NCBI GenBank assembly: GCA_031556215.1
Contig: JAVBTJ010000056.1
Span: 1-60,897, forward strand
DNA length: 60,897 nt
Direction of reading: 5' to 3'
From: Oxalobacter sp.
Lineage (GTDB): Bacteria > Pseudomonadota > Gammaproteobacteria > Burkholderiales > Burkholderiaceae_D
In this document: one piece after another, positions 12,525 through 24,216 of the stretch
How the letters are laid out: every line of letters starts with the position of its first letter
How positions within the stretch are numbered: the stretch's first letter is position 1
Made by a program: the position numbers and the translations under genes
Notes under the pieces: generated by a model
What the model was told of the DNA's origin: nothing
Databases searched by the model: none
Seen by the model: only the letters and a program-made list of their open reading frames with translations

Positions 12525-13417
12525 TGGCGGATCAAATCGCTTTTGAAGACTGGATGCAGTCCGTTCAGGCGACAATGGAACAAACCTTGTCTGACCTGCT
12601 TCCCCCCGCAGACCACATCCCCGCGCGGCTTCATGAGGCCATGCGCTATGCCACGCTGGATGGCGGAAAACGGGTACGCCCCATGCTGGTCTTTGCGGCA
12701 GGCGTGCTTTTTGATGCGCCGGCTTCTGCCATGGCACGTGCCGGTGCGGCAATTGAAATGATTCACGCCTACTCGCTGGTTCACGATGACCTGCCCTGTA
12801 TGGACAATGATGTCCTGCGGCGCGGGAAACCGACTGTTCACGTCCAGTATGATGAGGCAACCGCCCTTCTGGCTGGCGATGCCCTGCAATCCCATGCCTT
12901 TACCGTACTTTCCCGCCTGGATATCGATCCTGAGCGCACCGTCGAAATGCTGCAGATACTGGGCGAAGCATCCGGCTCTTTGGGCATGTGCGGCGGCCAG
13001 GCGATTGATCTGGCCAACGTGGGGCAGAATCTTTCCCTGGAACAGCTTGAGCAGATGCATAGCCTCAAAACCGGGGCATTGCTTGAGGCATCGGTTTTCC
13101 TTGGAACGCTTTGCGGGCGTTTTCCCGGTGCGGATGAAGCGCGCGCGCTGGAATCCTATACAAAGGCGATTGGCCTGGCATTCCAGGTTGTGGACGATAT
13201 CCTGGACGCGACAGCCGACTCCGAGACTCTGGGAAAAACGGCTGGCAAGGATGCGGCAGATAACAAGCCGACCTATGTCTCCATCCTGGGTCTGGACAAA
13301 TCAAGGGAACTGGCAGAAAAACTCCGGCAGGATGCCCACCAGGCATTGAGCCTGTTTGGCAAAAAGGCGGACTACCTGAGGCAGATCGCCGACCTGATCG
13401 TACAACGGAATAAATAA
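12521..13417 (+). CDS. ispA: Farnesyl diphosphate synthase (geranyltranstransferase)
   Basis: [24 protein letters not shown] and GKTAGKD. Confidence 0.96.
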   Translation: MMADQIAFEDWMQSVQATMEQTLSDLLPPADHIPARLHEAMRYATLDGGKRVRPMLVFAAGVLFDAPASAMARAGAAIEMIHAYSLVHDDLPCMDNDVLRRGKPTVHVQYDEATALLAGDALQSHAFTVLSRLDIDPERTVEMLQILGEASGSLGMCGGQAIDLANVGQNLSLEQLEQMHSLKTGALLEASVFLGTLCGRFPGADEARALESYTKAIGLAFQVVDDILDATADSETLGKTAGKDAADNKPTYVSILGLDKSRELAEKLRQDAHQALSLFGKKADYLRQIADLIVQRNK

Positions 13418-15258
13418 TGAACCTGCTCCACCTCATCAATAATCCATCGGATCTGCGCAAACTGCCGCGCTCGCAGCTGAACCAGCTGGCCGCTGAATTG
13501 CGCAGTTTCATTATTCAGTCCGTTTCCAAAACAGGGGGACATCTTTCCTCCAACCTGGGAACCATCGAACTGACCATAGCGCTTCATTATGTCTTCAATA
13601 CCCCGGTCGACCGCCTGGTGTGGGATGTCGGCCACCAGTCCTATCCGCACAAAATCCTGACGGGACGCAAAGAGCAGATGAAAACCCTGCGCCAGCAAAA
13701 CGGCATGTCAGGCTTTCCCAAGCGGGAAGAAAGCGAATACGACGCCTTTGGCACAGCCCACTCTTCTACCTCCATTTCGGCAGCACTGGGCATGGCTATC
13801 GCCGCCCGGCTCAAGGAAGAAAACTACCATTCCATTGCGGTTATCGGAGACGGCGCCATGACTGGCGGCATGGCTTTTGAGGCATTGAATAATGCCGGGG
13901 TATACGACAATATCCGGATGCTGGTGATACTGAATGACAATGACATGTCGATTTCGCCCCCGGTTGGCGCACTGAACCGCTATCTGGCACGCCTGATGTC
14001 CGGCAAATTTTATGCTGCGGCGCGAAATGTCGGCAAAATGCTGCCGACCCCCGTGCAGGAAATCGCCAAACGGCTTGAAGAACACGCCAAGGGCATGATC
14101 GTGCCTGCAACGATGTTTGAAGAATTCGGTTTTAATTACATCGGCCCGATTGACGGGCATGACCTGGATTCCCTGATCCCGACGCTGCAAAACCTGAAGC
14201 AACTTGACGGGCCACAGTTCCTCCATGTCGTGACCCGAAAAGGGCAGGGGTACAAACTGGCGGAGGCCGATCCAATCCTGTATCACGGACTGGGCAAATT
14301 CAGCCCTGAAGAAGGCATCAAGCCAACCGTTTCCACGCAACCAACCTACACTGAAATTTTTGGCAAATGGCTGTGCGACATGGCTTTCAAGGACAGCCGC
14401 CTTGTCGGTATTACCCCCGCCATGCGCGAAGGATCAGGCATGGTGCAGTTTGCCGAGCGCTTCCCGGACCGCTTTTTTGATGTCGGCATCGCCGAGCAGC
14501 ACGCGGTCACCTTTGCGGCAGGGCTGGCCTGTGAAGGCTTCAAACCGGTCGTGGCCATTTACTCCACCTTCCTGCAACGCGCCTATGACCAACTGATTCA
14601 CGACGTCGCCCTGCAAAACCTGGATGTGACCTTTGCGCTTGACCGCGCCGGGCTGGTGGGCGCTGACGGCGCAACCCATGCCGGCAACTATGACATGGCT
14701 TACCTACGCTGCATCCCCAATATGCTCATCATGGCACCCGCTGACGAAAATGAGGCCCGCCAGATGCTGTCGACCGCTTTTTACCATCATGGCCCGGCCG
14801 CTGTCCGCTATCCGCGCGGCTACGGCCCTGGCAAGGTTATCGAAGCCGACACGGAAACCATCCCCATTGGCAAGGCAAAAAAGCGCAGGCAGGGGAAGGG
14901 CATTGCCATACTGGCTTTTGGCACCATGCTCAAGCCTGCGCTGGACGCGGCAGAAGAACTGGATGCCACCGTCATCAACATGCGTTTTGTCAAACCACTG
15001 GATAAAGACCTGGTTCTGGAAATGGCAAACAGCCATACGGCATTGGTCACGATTGAGGAAGGCACCATTGCCGGGGGCGCGGGCGCAGCGGTTGCCGAAC
15101 TGCTGGCAGACGCAGGCATCACCCTGCCGCTCCTGATGCTGGGGCTGCCGGACAAATTCATCGACCACGGCGAGGTCGGCCAGCTCCTGTCCATGCACAA
15201 ACTGGACGCAAAAGGTATAGTAGATACCATCAGGCAACGCTTCCCGACAGAAAAATAA
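13417..15258 (+). CDS. dxs: 1-deoxy-D-xylulose-5-phosphate synthase
   Basis: [14 protein letters not shown] motif GDGAMTGG...[11 protein letters not shown] and [13 protein letters not shown]. Confidence 0.98.
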   Translation: MNLLHLINNPSDLRKLPRSQLNQLAAELRSFIIQSVSKTGGHLSSNLGTIELTIALHYVFNTPVDRLVWDVGHQSYPHKILTGRKEQMKTLRQQNGMSGFPKREESEYDAFGTAHSSTSISAALGMAIAARLKEENYHSIAVIGDGAMTGGMAFEALNNAGVYDNIRMLVILNDNDMSISPPVGALNRYLARLMSGKFYAAARNVGKMLPTPVQEIAKRLEEHAKGMIVPATMFEEFGFNYIGPIDGHDLDSLIPTLQNLKQLDGPQFLHVVTRKGQGYKLAEADPILYHGLGKFSPEEGIKPTVSTQPTYTEIFGKWLCDMAFKDSRLVGITPAMREGSGMVQFAERFPDRFFDVGIAEQHAVTFAAGLACEGFKPVVAIYSTFLQRAYDQLIHDVALQNLDVTFALDRAGLVGADGATHAGNYDMAYLRCIPNMLIMAPADENEARQMLSTAFYHHGPAAVRYPRGYGPGKVIEADTETIPIGKAKKRRQGKGIAILAFGTMLKPALDAAEELDATVINMRFVKPLDKDLVLEMANSHTALVTIEEGTIAGGAGAAVAELLADAGITLPLLMLGLPDKFIDHGEVGQLLSMHKLDAKGIVDTIRQRFPTEK

Positions 15259-15276
15259 ACGGTAACCGACCATCAT

Positions 15277-16083
15277 ATGAATCCCGAAAATCCTATCATT
15301 CCCGATGTGCAAAATACACGCGACACCCGGCGAATTGCCATCCAGCAGGTTGGCGTAAAAGGCGTCAGGCACCCGTTCAGAATCCGGACCGCCCTTGCTG
15401 TCCAGCCCACGGTCGGCTTGTGGAACATGTATGTGCACCTGCCGGAGGAACAAAAAGGCACGCATATGTCGCGCTTTATTGCCCTGCTGGAAGAATCCAA
15501 TGCGCCTGACGCCCCGCCTCTGGACGCTGCGGCTTTTACGGGCCTTGTCGGGAAAATGCTGGAAATGCTCGAAGCCTCGGAAGGCCGCATTGAGGTGACC
15601 TTCCCTTATTTCGTCAAAAAAACCGCACCGGTTTCCCGTGTGGAAAGCCTCATGGATTATGAGATTACCCTTGCCTGCGAGATCAGGAACAACCACGCCG
15701 AAATCTGGCAGAAGGTGCTGGTACCTGTTACCAGCCTTTGTCCCTGCTCACGCGAAATTTCAGCTTACGGCGCGCACAACCAGCGCTCACACATCACGGT
15801 CAATGCGCTTTTAAAAACGGTTTTTCCGGTAGAAGAACTGATCGCAAAAATTGAAAAACAGGCTTCCTGCGAACTTTACGGATTGCTCAAGCGCCCGGAT
15901 GAAAAATTTGTCACCGAACGCGCTTATGAAAACCCCAAGTTTGTTGAAGACCTTGTCCGCGATGTGGCGGTTGCATTAAACGCAGACGACCGGATTGTGG
16001 CCTACCGGCTCGAAGCGGAAAATTTTGAGTCGATACACAACCACTCCGCCTACGCGCTGGTCGAGTTTGATAAACGATCCTGA
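15277..16083 (+). CDS. folE2: GTP cyclohydrolase I type B (FolE2/MptA family)
   Basis: [29 protein letters not shown] and ESIHNHSA. Confidence 0.96.
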   Translation: MNPENPIIPDVQNTRDTRRIAIQQVGVKGVRHPFRIRTALAVQPTVGLWNMYVHLPEEQKGTHMSRFIALLEESNAPDAPPLDAAAFTGLVGKMLEMLEASEGRIEVTFPYFVKKTAPVSRVESLMDYEITLACEIRNNHAEIWQKVLVPVTSLCPCSREISAYGAHNQRSHITVNALLKTVFPVEELIAKIEKQASCELYGLLKRPDEKFVTERAYENPKFVEDLVRDVAVALNADDRIVAYRLEAENFESIHNHSAYALVEFDKRS

Positions 16084-16117
16084 GGAAGCACTGATAAAGG
16101 GTTTTGTGAAAGCGGCG

Positions 16118-16675
16118 TCAAAGAGCGCCGCTTTTTTCTTTCTGCCACAGATGATCCCGTTTTCCTGCCTCACGATTGACCACACGGGCATAAATAAACA
16201 GCATGTCTGAAAGCCGGTTGATATATTTCCCGATGGTTTCCGGCACTTTTTCCGATTCCGCCAGGGCGAAAACCGATCGTTCCGCGCGTCGGCAAACGCT
16301 TCTGGCATAGTGAAACAAAGCGCCTTCCCGCGTACCTCCCGGCAAGATAAATCCCTGAAGCGGCAACAGGTTGGCATCCTGTTTTTCAGCCTGGCTTTCC
16401 AGGCGCAATACCTGTTCTTCCCCGATTCCTGCCCGGGACGCGCCTGCCAGTTCGGCCCCGACATTAAACAGATCGTTCTGCACCGCAACCAGTTCTGCTT
16501 CCATGCCGGAAGGAAGGGATTGGGATAAAAGCAAGCCAATCAGGGAATTCAGTTCATCCACATTCCCGATAGCTTCCATGCGCAAACCGGATTTGGGCAC
16601 GCGACTGCCGTCTGCCAGCGATGTCATGCCGCCATCGCCTGTCCTGGTCATGATCCTGATGGTTTTTTTGAACAT
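16118..16675 (-). CDS. ATP:cob(I)alamin adenosyltransferase, PduO type
   Basis: TRTGDGGMT, GNVDELNS, FILPGG, RRAER and NRLSD. Start placed at ATG 16675 behind GGAGG. Confidence 0.93.
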   Translation of the reverse strand: MFKKTIRIMTRTGDGGMTSLADGSRVPKSGLRMEAIGNVDELNSLIGLLLSQSLPSGMEAELVAVQNDLFNVGAELAGASRAGIGEEQVLRLESQAEKQDANLLPLQGFILPGGTREGALFHYARSVCRRAERSVFALAESEKVPETIGKYINRLSDMLFIYARVVNREAGKRDHLWQKEKSGAL

Positions 16676-16779
16676 TTTTCCTCCTGTATTCCTCAAGCCG
16701 CTAACATGAGCATACGTTATAGCAGTACACCAAGTAAAATAAAGGAACGTCTGTAACCCATTAAAGAGAAATTTCCTCC

Positions 16780-17826
16780 ATGCCCCCAATCCGAACCGAC
16801 AAAATCGAAATTATCCGGCCTGACGACTGGCACCTGCACCTGAGAGACGGGCAGGCCCTGAAGTCCGTTATTGGACATTCCGCTGCCCAGTTCAAACGGG
16901 CCATCATCATGCCTAACCTGCGACCGCCTGTGACCACTACCGCACAGGCTGCCCAATACCGGGAGCGCATTATGGCTGCGCTTCCTCCCGGTTTTGGATT
17001 CGAACCGCTGATGACGCTGTATCTTACCGACAATACCTTGCCAGATGAAATACAAAAAGCGCATGAAAGCGGTATCGTTTTTGGCGTCAAGCTCTATCCT
17101 GCCGGTGCCACCACCAATTCCGATGCCGGTGTAACGGATATTTCCAAGTGCATGAAAACACTGGAAGCCATGCAGCGTTATAGCATCCCGCTTTTGATGC
17201 ACGGTGAGGTAACGGATCCTCAAATCGATATTTTTGACCGGGAAGCCGTCTTTATTGACCGGGTACTGCTCCCGCTCAGGAAAAAACTGCCTGAACTGAA
17301 AATGGTCTTTGAACACATTACAACAAAAGAAGCCGCGCAGTATGTAGCACAGGCAGAAGGCCCGATCGGCGCAACCATTACGGCACACCATCTTCTTTTC
17401 AACCGGAACGCCATTTTTACCGGGGGTATTTGCCCTCACTATTATTGCCTGCCGGTTCTCAAGCGGGAAGAAAACCGCAAGGCCCTAATCCAGGCAGCGA
17501 CCAGCGGCACGAGCCGGTTTTTCATCGGGACGGATTCTGCCCCGCACGCCAAAGACCTGAAAGAAAATGCCTGCGGATGCGCCGGGTGCTATACCGCCCT
17601 GCACGCCATTGAACTCTATGCCAAAGCCTTTGATGACAACCATGCCCTTGAGCACTTTGAGGCATTTGCCAGCCTGAATGGCGCCCGCTTTTACGGTTTG
17701 CCGCCAAACCGGGAAAAAATCACGCTGGTACGAGAATCCTGGCAAATTCCGGAAAACCTGCCATTCGGAGATGAAACGGTTGTTCCCCTGATGGCTAACG
17801 AAAAACTGGAATGGAAAAAACAGTAA
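16780..17826 (+). CDS. pyrC: Dihydroorotase (homodimeric type)
   Basis: DDWHLHLRDG, KLYPAGATTNS, CLPVLK and GTDSAPH. Confidence 0.97.
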   Translation: MPPIRTDKIEIIRPDDWHLHLRDGQALKSVIGHSAAQFKRAIIMPNLRPPVTTTAQAAQYRERIMAALPPGFGFEPLMTLYLTDNTLPDEIQKAHESGIVFGVKLYPAGATTNSDAGVTDISKCMKTLEAMQRYSIPLLMHGEVTDPQIDIFDREAVFIDRVLLPLRKKLPELKMVFEHITTKEAAQYVAQAEGPIGATITAHHLLFNRNAIFTGGICPHYYCLPVLKREENRKALIQAATSGTSRFFIGTDSAPHAKDLKENACGCAGCYTALHAIELYAKAFDDNHALEHFEAFASLNGARFYGLPPNREKITLVRESWQIPENLPFGDETVVPLMANEKLEWKKQ

Positions 17827-17841
17827 GGAAATGTTTATAAC

Positions 17842-17882
17842 AATCCCCCCCGCAATCGGTGATATGCGGGGGGTTTTGTTTC
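17842..17882 (+). terminator. Intrinsic terminator after pyrC (convergent with the malic enzyme gene)
   Basis: CCCCCCGCA...TGCGGGGGG stem followed by TTTTGTTT. Confidence 0.75.
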
Positions 17883-17895
17883 TGCAGTACGTTAT

Positions 17896-19185
17896 TTACC
17901 GCTGCATGGCTTCCAGTTGCTTCCTGTAAGCCGCCATATCGGCAATCGGGCGTTTTGCGACACCTGAATCCATGGCAGCCTGTGCAACGGCTGGTGCTAT
18001 CCGGGAAAGCAGGCGTGTATCAAACTGCATTGGCAAAAAGTATTCCGGGCCGAATTCAAATTTCCGGCCATACATGACTTCCAGTTCCGGCTGGACTTTT
18101 TCTTCTGCCAGTGCAGCCAGTGCCTTCATCGCAGCCAGCTCCATCTTCCTGTTGATCGTGGAAGCCTGGCAATCCAGCGCCCCCCTGAAGATGTAAGGGA
18201 AACAGAGCGAATTATTGACCTGGTTTGGATAATCGGAGCGACCTGTTGCCATCACCACATCCTCGCGGGCTGCTTTTGCTGCTTCAGGCAAAATTTCCGG
18301 AACCGGGTTGGCCAATGCCAGGATAATCGGCTTGTTGGCCATTTTCTTTACCATTTCAGGCTTCAAGACATTGCCAGCGGATAAGCCAAGAAAAACGTCT
18401 GCATCAGGGATAACATCCATCAGCGTGCGAAGCGGCGTATCCTGCGCATAAATTTCCTTGTCCGGATCCATCAGTTCTTTACGGCCCTTGTAAACAACAC
18501 CTTCAATATCCGTTACCCAGATATTTTTGAGGGGAAACCCGATATCAACCAGTAATTCCAGGCACCCCAGTGCACCGGCACCAGCACCTGATACAACCAG
18601 CTTGCTTGTGTTGATATCCTTTCCTACCATTTTCAGCGCATTCAGTATGGCAGCGCCAACCACAATGGCCGTGCCGTGCTGGTCGTCATGAAAGACCGGG
18701 ATATTCATTCTTTCGCGCAATTTGCGCTCGATATAAAAACATTCAGGTGCACGGATGTCTTCAAGGTTGATGCCACCAAAGGTGGGTTCAAGCGATGCCA
18801 CAACATCACAGAATTTATCCGGGTCAAGTTCATCCACTTCCAGGTCAAACACGTTGATACCGGCAAATTTTTTGAACAGAACGCCTTTTCCCTCCATAAC
18901 CGGCTTGGAAGCCAGTGCGCCGATATTGCCAAGACCCAGTACGGCGGTACCATTTGAGATAACCGCCACCAAGTTGCCCTTTGTGGTGTACTGATAGGCT
19001 GTAGCAGGGTCCTTATGGATTTCTTCGCAGGCAGATGCTACACCGGGCGTATAGGCCAAAGCAAGATCATTCTGGTCGTTTACCTGTTTGGAAGGTTCTA
19101 CACTGATTTTTCCGGGAATCGGATTCTGGTGAAAAGCAAGCGCATTTTGTCTGAGCTGTTCTTTTTTCTGTTCTTGTGAATTCAT
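17896..19185 (-). CDS. NAD(P)-dependent malic enzyme, MaeB-like catalytic domain only
   Basis: [37 protein letters not shown] and [12 protein letters not shown]; 429 aa with no C-terminal PTA-like domain. Confidence 0.93.
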   Translation of the reverse strand: MNSQEQKKEQLRQNALAFHQNPIPGKISVEPSKQVNDQNDLALAYTPGVASACEEIHKDPATAYQYTTKGNLVAVISNGTAVLGLGNIGALASKPVMEGKGVLFKKFAGINVFDLEVDELDPDKFCDVVASLEPTFGGINLEDIRAPECFYIERKLRERMNIPVFHDDQHGTAIVVGAAILNALKMVGKDINTSKLVVSGAGAGALGCLELLVDIGFPLKNIWVTDIEGVVYKGRKELMDPDKEIYAQDTPLRTLMDVIPDADVFLGLSAGNVLKPEMVKKMANKPIILALANPVPEILPEAAKAAREDVVMATGRSDYPNQVNNSLCFPYIFRGALDCQASTINRKMELAAMKALAALAEEKVQPELEVMYGRKFEFGPEYFLPMQFDTRLLSRIAPAVAQAAMDSGVAKRPIADMAAYRKQLEAMQR

Positions 19186-19279
19186 CTTCTTACCTTAAAA
19201 AAATACAACTGAACCAAGAAGGAGATTCTATCAGATACCTTCTCAAAAAAATGAAATCAGGAATGAAATTAAAATGAGC

Positions 19280-19545
19280 CCCTGTTTTTTAATAAGATTC
19301 TTTATATAAGAATAGAAATAATAAGGGTAAAGGCAAACTGTGGATAATAGACAAAGATTGTAGGTAATCATAAAGTTAAATAATGGTTAACTTTGATGAA
19401 AACTCTGGGATAGAGTTGAATAAGATCAGGATGTCCAGGAATAACCCGGTTACACCCATAAAATTAACTATTTATTAACAAGGTTATTCACAGCTGGTAT
19501 AAGCGGATTAATAAAGTTAATAGAAAGCAATATTTAAACAAGGTT
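19280..19545. other. Probable chromosomal replication origin (oriC)
   Basis: Very AT-rich 636-bp gap upstream of mnmG. It contains an AT-rich DUE-like tract at about 19285-19325, a perfect DnaA box TGTGGATAA at 19339-19347, an IHF-like site AATCATAAAGTTA at 19366-19378, and opposite-orientation boxes TTATTAACA (19472-19480) and TTATTCACA (19484-19492). Confidence 0.8.
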
Positions 19546-19787
19546 CATCATGGCATTATTTTTAACCGGATTTTTAAAAAGAAAAATAATTTTCATGATG
19601 TTTTTATTGGGTTGTTATATGCAATTTTTTGTAAGACAGTCATCACATTCCTGTAGAGTCGTATATACTTCACTGGAAATAAAACAGGGCTAACAAGGAA
19701 AAGTAACAATCTATCTCAAATTCCTTGATACAGACAGCCCACAGTATAGATAAATATCTTCCCCTTCTTTTTATAACAGAATAAAAA

Positions 19788-19803
19788 TGTTTCACGTGAA
19801 ACA
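19788..19803. promoter_or_regulatory. parS centromere-like site
   Basis: Exact match to the consensus palindrome TGTTTCACGTGAAACA, immediately upstream of mnmG-rsmG-parA-parB. Confidence 0.95.
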
Positions 19804-19821
19804 TTAAGAATTGGTTAAATT

Positions 19822-21741
19822 ATGTATTTCCCTGAGCAGTTTGATGTGATTGTTGTTGGTGGTGGGCATGCTGGTGCAGAGGCTGCCTTGGTAGCTGCGC
19901 GCATGGGTAAGCAGACGTTGTTGGTAACTCATAGTTTTGAAGCATTGGGCCAGTTATCCTGCAATCCTTCCATAGGCGGGATTGGTAAGGGGCATCTTGT
20001 TAGGGAAGTGGATGCAATGGGTGGCGCGATGGCACTGGTATCCGATAAGGCGGGGATTCAGTTTCGGATTCTGAATTCGTCCAAAGGCCCGGCTGTCAGG
20101 GCAACGCGGGCGCAGATTGACCGGAATCTTTATCGTCAATCCATGCGTTATTACCTGGAGAATCAGGAAAACCTGTTTTTATTTCAACAGCAGGTTGATG
20201 ACCTGATTATTGAAGGTGATCGGGTGGCGGGCGTTGTTACGGAAGGGGAAGTGCGTTTTAAGGGGAAAACGGTTATTTTAACTGTTGGTACTTTTCTGGA
20301 TGGGATAATCTATATCGGATTACATTCGCATCCGGGAGGTCGCGCGGGAGATGCGCCTTCTGTCGCATTGGCCTATCGCCTGCGTGACATGATGTTACCG
20401 CAGGGAAGGTTGAAGACAGGTACACCACCCCGGATTGACGGAAAGACAATCAACTTTGAGGTAATGGAACGCCAGGATGGTGATTTGGATCCGGTTCCGG
20501 TTTTTTCTTTTCGGGGTAATACGGCCATGCATCCGGCACAGATGCCATGCTGGGTTACGCATACGAATCCCAAAACACACGATATCATCCGGGCGGGCCT
20601 GGATCGGAGCCCGATGTTTACCGGGTTGATTGAAGGGGTTGGCCCCAGGTATTGCCCTTCTATTGAAGATAAAATTCATCGTTTTTCGGATAAAAATTCC
20701 CATCAGATTTTTTTGGAACCGGAAGGCCTGCATACAAACGAATATTATCCCAACGGGATTTCAACGAGTCTTCCTTTTGATATGCAAATCAATCTGGTGC
20801 GATCAATGCGGGGGATGGAAAACGCCCATATCCTTCGGCCCGGTTATGCTATTGAATATGATTATTTTGATCCCCGTTCCCTGAAAGCCTCTCTGGAAAC
20901 AAAGCAGGTTGGCGGACTCTTTTTTGCAGGCCAGATTAACGGGACAACGGGTTATGAAGAGGCGGCTGCACAGGGTTTGCTGGCAGGGATCAATGCCTGC
21001 CGTTATGTTGATGAAAAAGAAGCCTGGGTACCCAAACGCAATGAAGCCTATATGGGCGTCATGGTGGATGACCTGGTAACGCAAGGTGTGCAGGAGCCTT
21101 ACCGCATGTTTACCAGCAGGGCGGAATACCGGTTAAGCTTGCGGGAGGATAATGCCGATATCCGGCTGACTGAAGCGGCGTATAAACTGGGTTGTATCAG
21201 CCAGGCGCAATGGAATCTGTTTGAAAGAAAGCGGGATCAAATCGCCCGCGAAATCGAGCGCATGAAATCCACGTGGGTACACCCCCACATGCTGGATCAG
21301 AACGAGATTATCCGGGTTATTGGAAAACCTATTGAAAGGGAATATTCGCTGGCAGATTTGCTGCGCCGTCCGGATATTCATTACGACAAGCTGGTGAGCC
21401 TGACATCCAGTGAAGGTAAAACCTGGGAATCCGATGAGGTGCTCGACAAGGAAACAAAAGAACAGATTGAAATCCAGATCAAGTATGCGGGATATATCGA
21501 AAGGCAATTGAAAGAGGTGCGGCGTCAGCAGTATTATGAAAACCTGCGCCTGCCGGATGATATGCCGTATGCGGAAGTATCGGCATTGTCTATGGAAGTG
21601 CGGCAAAAGCTGGATAAGCAGAAGCCGGAAACACTCGGACAGGCTTCCCGGATTTCAGGAGTAACGCCTGCGGCGATTTCCCTTTTGCTGGTTTACCTGA
21701 AAAAACGGGGACTGGTGAATTTTGCGGAGTCGGAGGGATGA
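19822..21741 (+). CDS. mnmG: tRNA uridine-5-carboxymethylaminomethyl modification enzyme (GidA)
   Basis: [36 protein letters not shown] and [16 protein letters not shown]. Confidence 0.98.
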   Translation: MYFPEQFDVIVVGGGHAGAEAALVAARMGKQTLLVTHSFEALGQLSCNPSIGGIGKGHLVREVDAMGGAMALVSDKAGIQFRILNSSKGPAVRATRAQIDRNLYRQSMRYYLENQENLFLFQQQVDDLIIEGDRVAGVVTEGEVRFKGKTVILTVGTFLDGIIYIGLHSHPGGRAGDAPSVALAYRLRDMMLPQGRLKTGTPPRIDGKTINFEVMERQDGDLDPVPVFSFRGNTAMHPAQMPCWVTHTNPKTHDIIRAGLDRSPMFTGLIEGVGPRYCPSIEDKIHRFSDKNSHQIFLEPEGLHTNEYYPNGISTSLPFDMQINLVRSMRGMENAHILRPGYAIEYDYFDPRSLKASLETKQVGGLFFAGQINGTTGYEEAAAQGLLAGINACRYVDEKEAWVPKRNEAYMGVMVDDLVTQGVQEPYRMFTSRAEYRLSLREDNADIRLTEAAYKLGCISQAQWNLFERKRDQIAREIERMKSTWVHPHMLDQNEIIRVIGKPIEREYSLADLLRRPDIHYDKLVSLTSSEGKTWESDEVLDKETKEQIEIQIKYAGYIERQLKEVRRQQYYENLRLPDDMPYAEVSALSMEVRQKLDKQKPETLGQASRISGVTPAAISLLLVYLKKRGLVNFAESEG

Positions 21742-22418
21742 GCCGGGTAAAAAAAAGGATTGTTTTAAAGCAGCGTCCTGATCCTGATTTGCTGGAAACG
21801 CTGCTGCTTAAGGGATGTCGGGAAATCGGCATCGGGTTGGACGAAACCCGGGTCAGGCAGCTTTTGGCTTATCTGTCATTATTGTCAAAGTGGAATGCGG
21901 TTTATAATCTGACTGCAATCCGTTCGCCCGAGGCAATGGTAACGCACCATATCCTGGATTCGCTGGCGGTGGCCGATGCGCTGAAAGAAACAAAATCCCT
22001 GCTGGATGTCGGGTCTGGTGGCGGATTGCCCGGCATTGTCATCGCGATCATGTATCCTGATATGCCTGTTTCCCTGATTGATATCGTCCAGAAAAAAACA
22101 GCGTTTTTATCCCAGGTGAGAGCAGAATTACACCTGAAAAATGTGATGGTACATACCGGCAGGGTTGAAAAGTTGCAGACGGCTGAAAAATTTGACGGGA
22201 TCATTTCCCGCGCTTTTTCCGATTTATCCCTGTTTGCCTCGCTTTCGGAACACCTGCTTTCTGATGGCGGCCGCTTTTATGCCATGAAGGGAATGTTGCC
22301 AAAAGAGGAGATAGAAGCGCTTCCTGCTGGATTGAAAGTAAAGGCTGTTGTACCATTGAAAGTTCCATTTCTGGATGCAGAACGGCATTTGCTTGTTATG
22401 GAAAGACAGGTGGCCTGA
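21738..22418 (+). CDS. rsmG: 16S rRNA m7G527 methyltransferase (GidB)
   Basis: [25 protein letters not shown] and SRAF. Confidence 0.96.
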   Translation: MSRVKKRIVLKQRPDPDLLETLLLKGCREIGIGLDETRVRQLLAYLSLLSKWNAVYNLTAIRSPEAMVTHHILDSLAVADALKETKSLLDVGSGGGLPGIVIAIMYPDMPVSLIDIVQKKTAFLSQVRAELHLKNVMVHTGRVEKLQTAEKFDGIISRAFSDLSLFASLSEHLLSDGGRFYAMKGMLPKEEIEALPAGLKVKAVVPLKVPFLDAERHLLVMERQVA

Positions 22419-22462
22419 CCGGCTTTTTTTGAACCCGTTTAATCACTGCTGAAGATAAACAC

Positions 22463-23233
22463 ATGGCCCGAATTTTCTGTATAGCAAACCAAAAAGGTGG
22501 TGTTGGCAAAACTACAACAACGGTCAATCTTGCCGCAGGGCTTGCCCGCCTGGAGCAGCGTGTTCTTTTGATTGACCTGGATCCGCAGGGGAATGCCACG
22601 ATGGGTTCCGGTATCCAGAAAGCGGAGCTGAATAATTCGGTTTACCAGGTTTTACTGGGTTTGTCGGAGGTTCCCGAGGCAAGGAAACCATCGGAAAGCG
22701 GGGGGTTTGATGTGCTTCCCTCAAACCGGAATCTGGCTGGTGCCGAAGTCGAACTGGTGGATATGGCGCACCGGGAACACCGCTTGAAGGAGGCATTGAA
22801 GAAAGTCAGCGACCAGTATGACTTTATCCTGATTGACTGCCCTCCTGCGCTGTCGATGTTGACCATCAACGGGCTGTGTGCCGCCGATGGTGTGATTATT
22901 CCCATGCAGTGCGAATATTACGCGCTGGAGGGGCTGTCTGACCTGGTCAATACCATCAAGCATGTGCACGCCAACCTGAACCGGGATTTGCAGATTATTG
23001 GTCTTTTGCGGGTCATGTTTGACAAGCGGGCGACCTTGTCCCAGCACGTGTCGGAGCAACTGGAACGGCATTTCGGCGAAAAGGTGTTCAAAACCGTTAT
23101 TCCGCGTAATGTGCGGCTGGCCGAGGCACCTTCGTATGGCATGCCGGGGATTGCTTTTGACCCGGGTTCCAGAGGCGCGCAGGCCTATATTGATTTTGGC
23201 AATGAAATGCTGACCTGGCTGGACAGGCAATAA
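22463..23233 (+). CDS. parA: Chromosome partitioning ATPase ParA/Soj
   Basis: NQKGGVGKTT, DLDPQGNAT, IDCPP and RNVRLAEAPS. Confidence 0.97.
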   Translation: MARIFCIANQKGGVGKTTTTVNLAAGLARLEQRVLLIDLDPQGNATMGSGIQKAELNNSVYQVLLGLSEVPEARKPSESGGFDVLPSNRNLAGAEVELVDMAHREHRLKEALKKVSDQYDFILIDCPPALSMLTINGLCAADGVIIPMQCEYYALEGLSDLVNTIKHVHANLNRDLQIIGLLRVMFDKRATLSQHVSEQLERHFGEKVFKTVIPRNVRLAEAPSYGMPGIAFDPGSRGAQAYIDFGNEMLTWLDRQ

Positions 23234-23274
23234 TTTTGGGGTAATGTGAATTCCGGGTATTTCAGGATAAAGAA

Positions 23275-24150
23275 ATGACGAAAAAGAAAAAAGGCTTGGG
23301 CAGGGGACTGGAAGTGTTGCTGGGAGCCGTTCCCGATTTTTCCCCGGATAAGGGCGAACTCTCCAGTGTGCCGGTTTCCATGTTGCAGGCAGGTAAATAC
23401 CAGCCGCGCGCCAGGATGGATGAGGGGGCATTGAATGAACTGGCCCAGTCCATCCGTGAGCAAGGGGTCATGCAGCCGATCCTGGTCAGGAAAGTGGGGC
23501 AGAAGGATGGTGCCGACCGCTATGAAATCATTGCCGGGGAAAGACGGTATCGTGCCGCCCAGATGGCAGGGCTGGATCATATTCCCGCGCTGGTCAAGGA
23601 TGTAGACGACCAGACTGCGGCGGCGATGGCGCTGATCGAAAATATGCAGCGCGAGGATCTGAATCCACTGGAAGAAGCCCAGGGTATTCATCGCCTGATC
23701 ACGGATTTTGGATTTACCCATGAACAGGCCGCCAATGCCGTAGGACGTTCCCGCAGTGCCGTATCCAATCTGTTGCGTCTTTTGAATCTGGCCCGTCCGG
23801 TTCAGACCATGCTGATGGCTGGCGACATTGATATGGGGCATGCGAGGGCGCTTCTGGCTGCCGATGGCGCTGCCCAGATCACGCTGGCGACACAGGTTGT
23901 CGCCAAAAGGATGTCTGTGCGCGAAACGGAAAAATTGGTGACGCGCGAGTTGTCGGAAAAGTCGGCAATCGACAGAAAAAAGGAAAAAGTAAAATCAGCC
24001 GATATCACGCGTCTTGAAGAAGAACTGTCTGATCTGCTGGCAACACGGGTCTCATTCAAGGTCAATTCAAAGGGGCGCGGCCAGATGCTGATTGATTTTG
24101 CCGATCTGGATGTGCTCGATGGCGTGATACAGAAATTGCGTCCGTCTTGA
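23275..24150 (+). CDS. parB: Chromosome partitioning protein ParB
   Basis: KKGLGRGL, YQPR, IAGERR, ENMQREDL and HTH GRSRSAVSNLLRL. Confidence 0.97.
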   Translation: MTKKKKGLGRGLEVLLGAVPDFSPDKGELSSVPVSMLQAGKYQPRARMDEGALNELAQSIREQGVMQPILVRKVGQKDGADRYEIIAGERRYRAAQMAGLDHIPALVKDVDDQTAAAMALIENMQREDLNPLEEAQGIHRLITDFGFTHEQAANAVGRSRSAVSNLLRLLNLARPVQTMLMAGDIDMGHARALLAADGAAQITLATQVVAKRMSVRETEKLVTRELSEKSAIDRKKEKVKSADITRLEEELSDLLATRVSFKVNSKGRGQMLIDFADLDVLDGVIQKLRPS

Positions 24151-24170
24151 TACCCGTTTCCTGATTGGGG

Positions 24171-24201
24171 TGACGGGGTTGCGAACGCCGTAACCCCGTC
24201 A
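24171..24201. terminator. Stem-loop between convergent parB and hpt
   Basis: TGACGGGGTTGCG-aacgc-CGTAACCCCGTCA; no strong U-tract. Confidence 0.55.
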
Positions 24202-24216
24202 TCAGCGGTTCTCTGC

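Noticed and set aside
14704-15696. 330-aa minus-strand ORF across dxs-folE2
   Set aside because: Antisense shadow with no independent evidence.
16118-16779. Cobalamin riboswitch near the PduO-type adenosyltransferase or metH
   Set aside because: The intergenic spaces are short and I saw no B12-box (GGGAA...GCCACUG) pattern.
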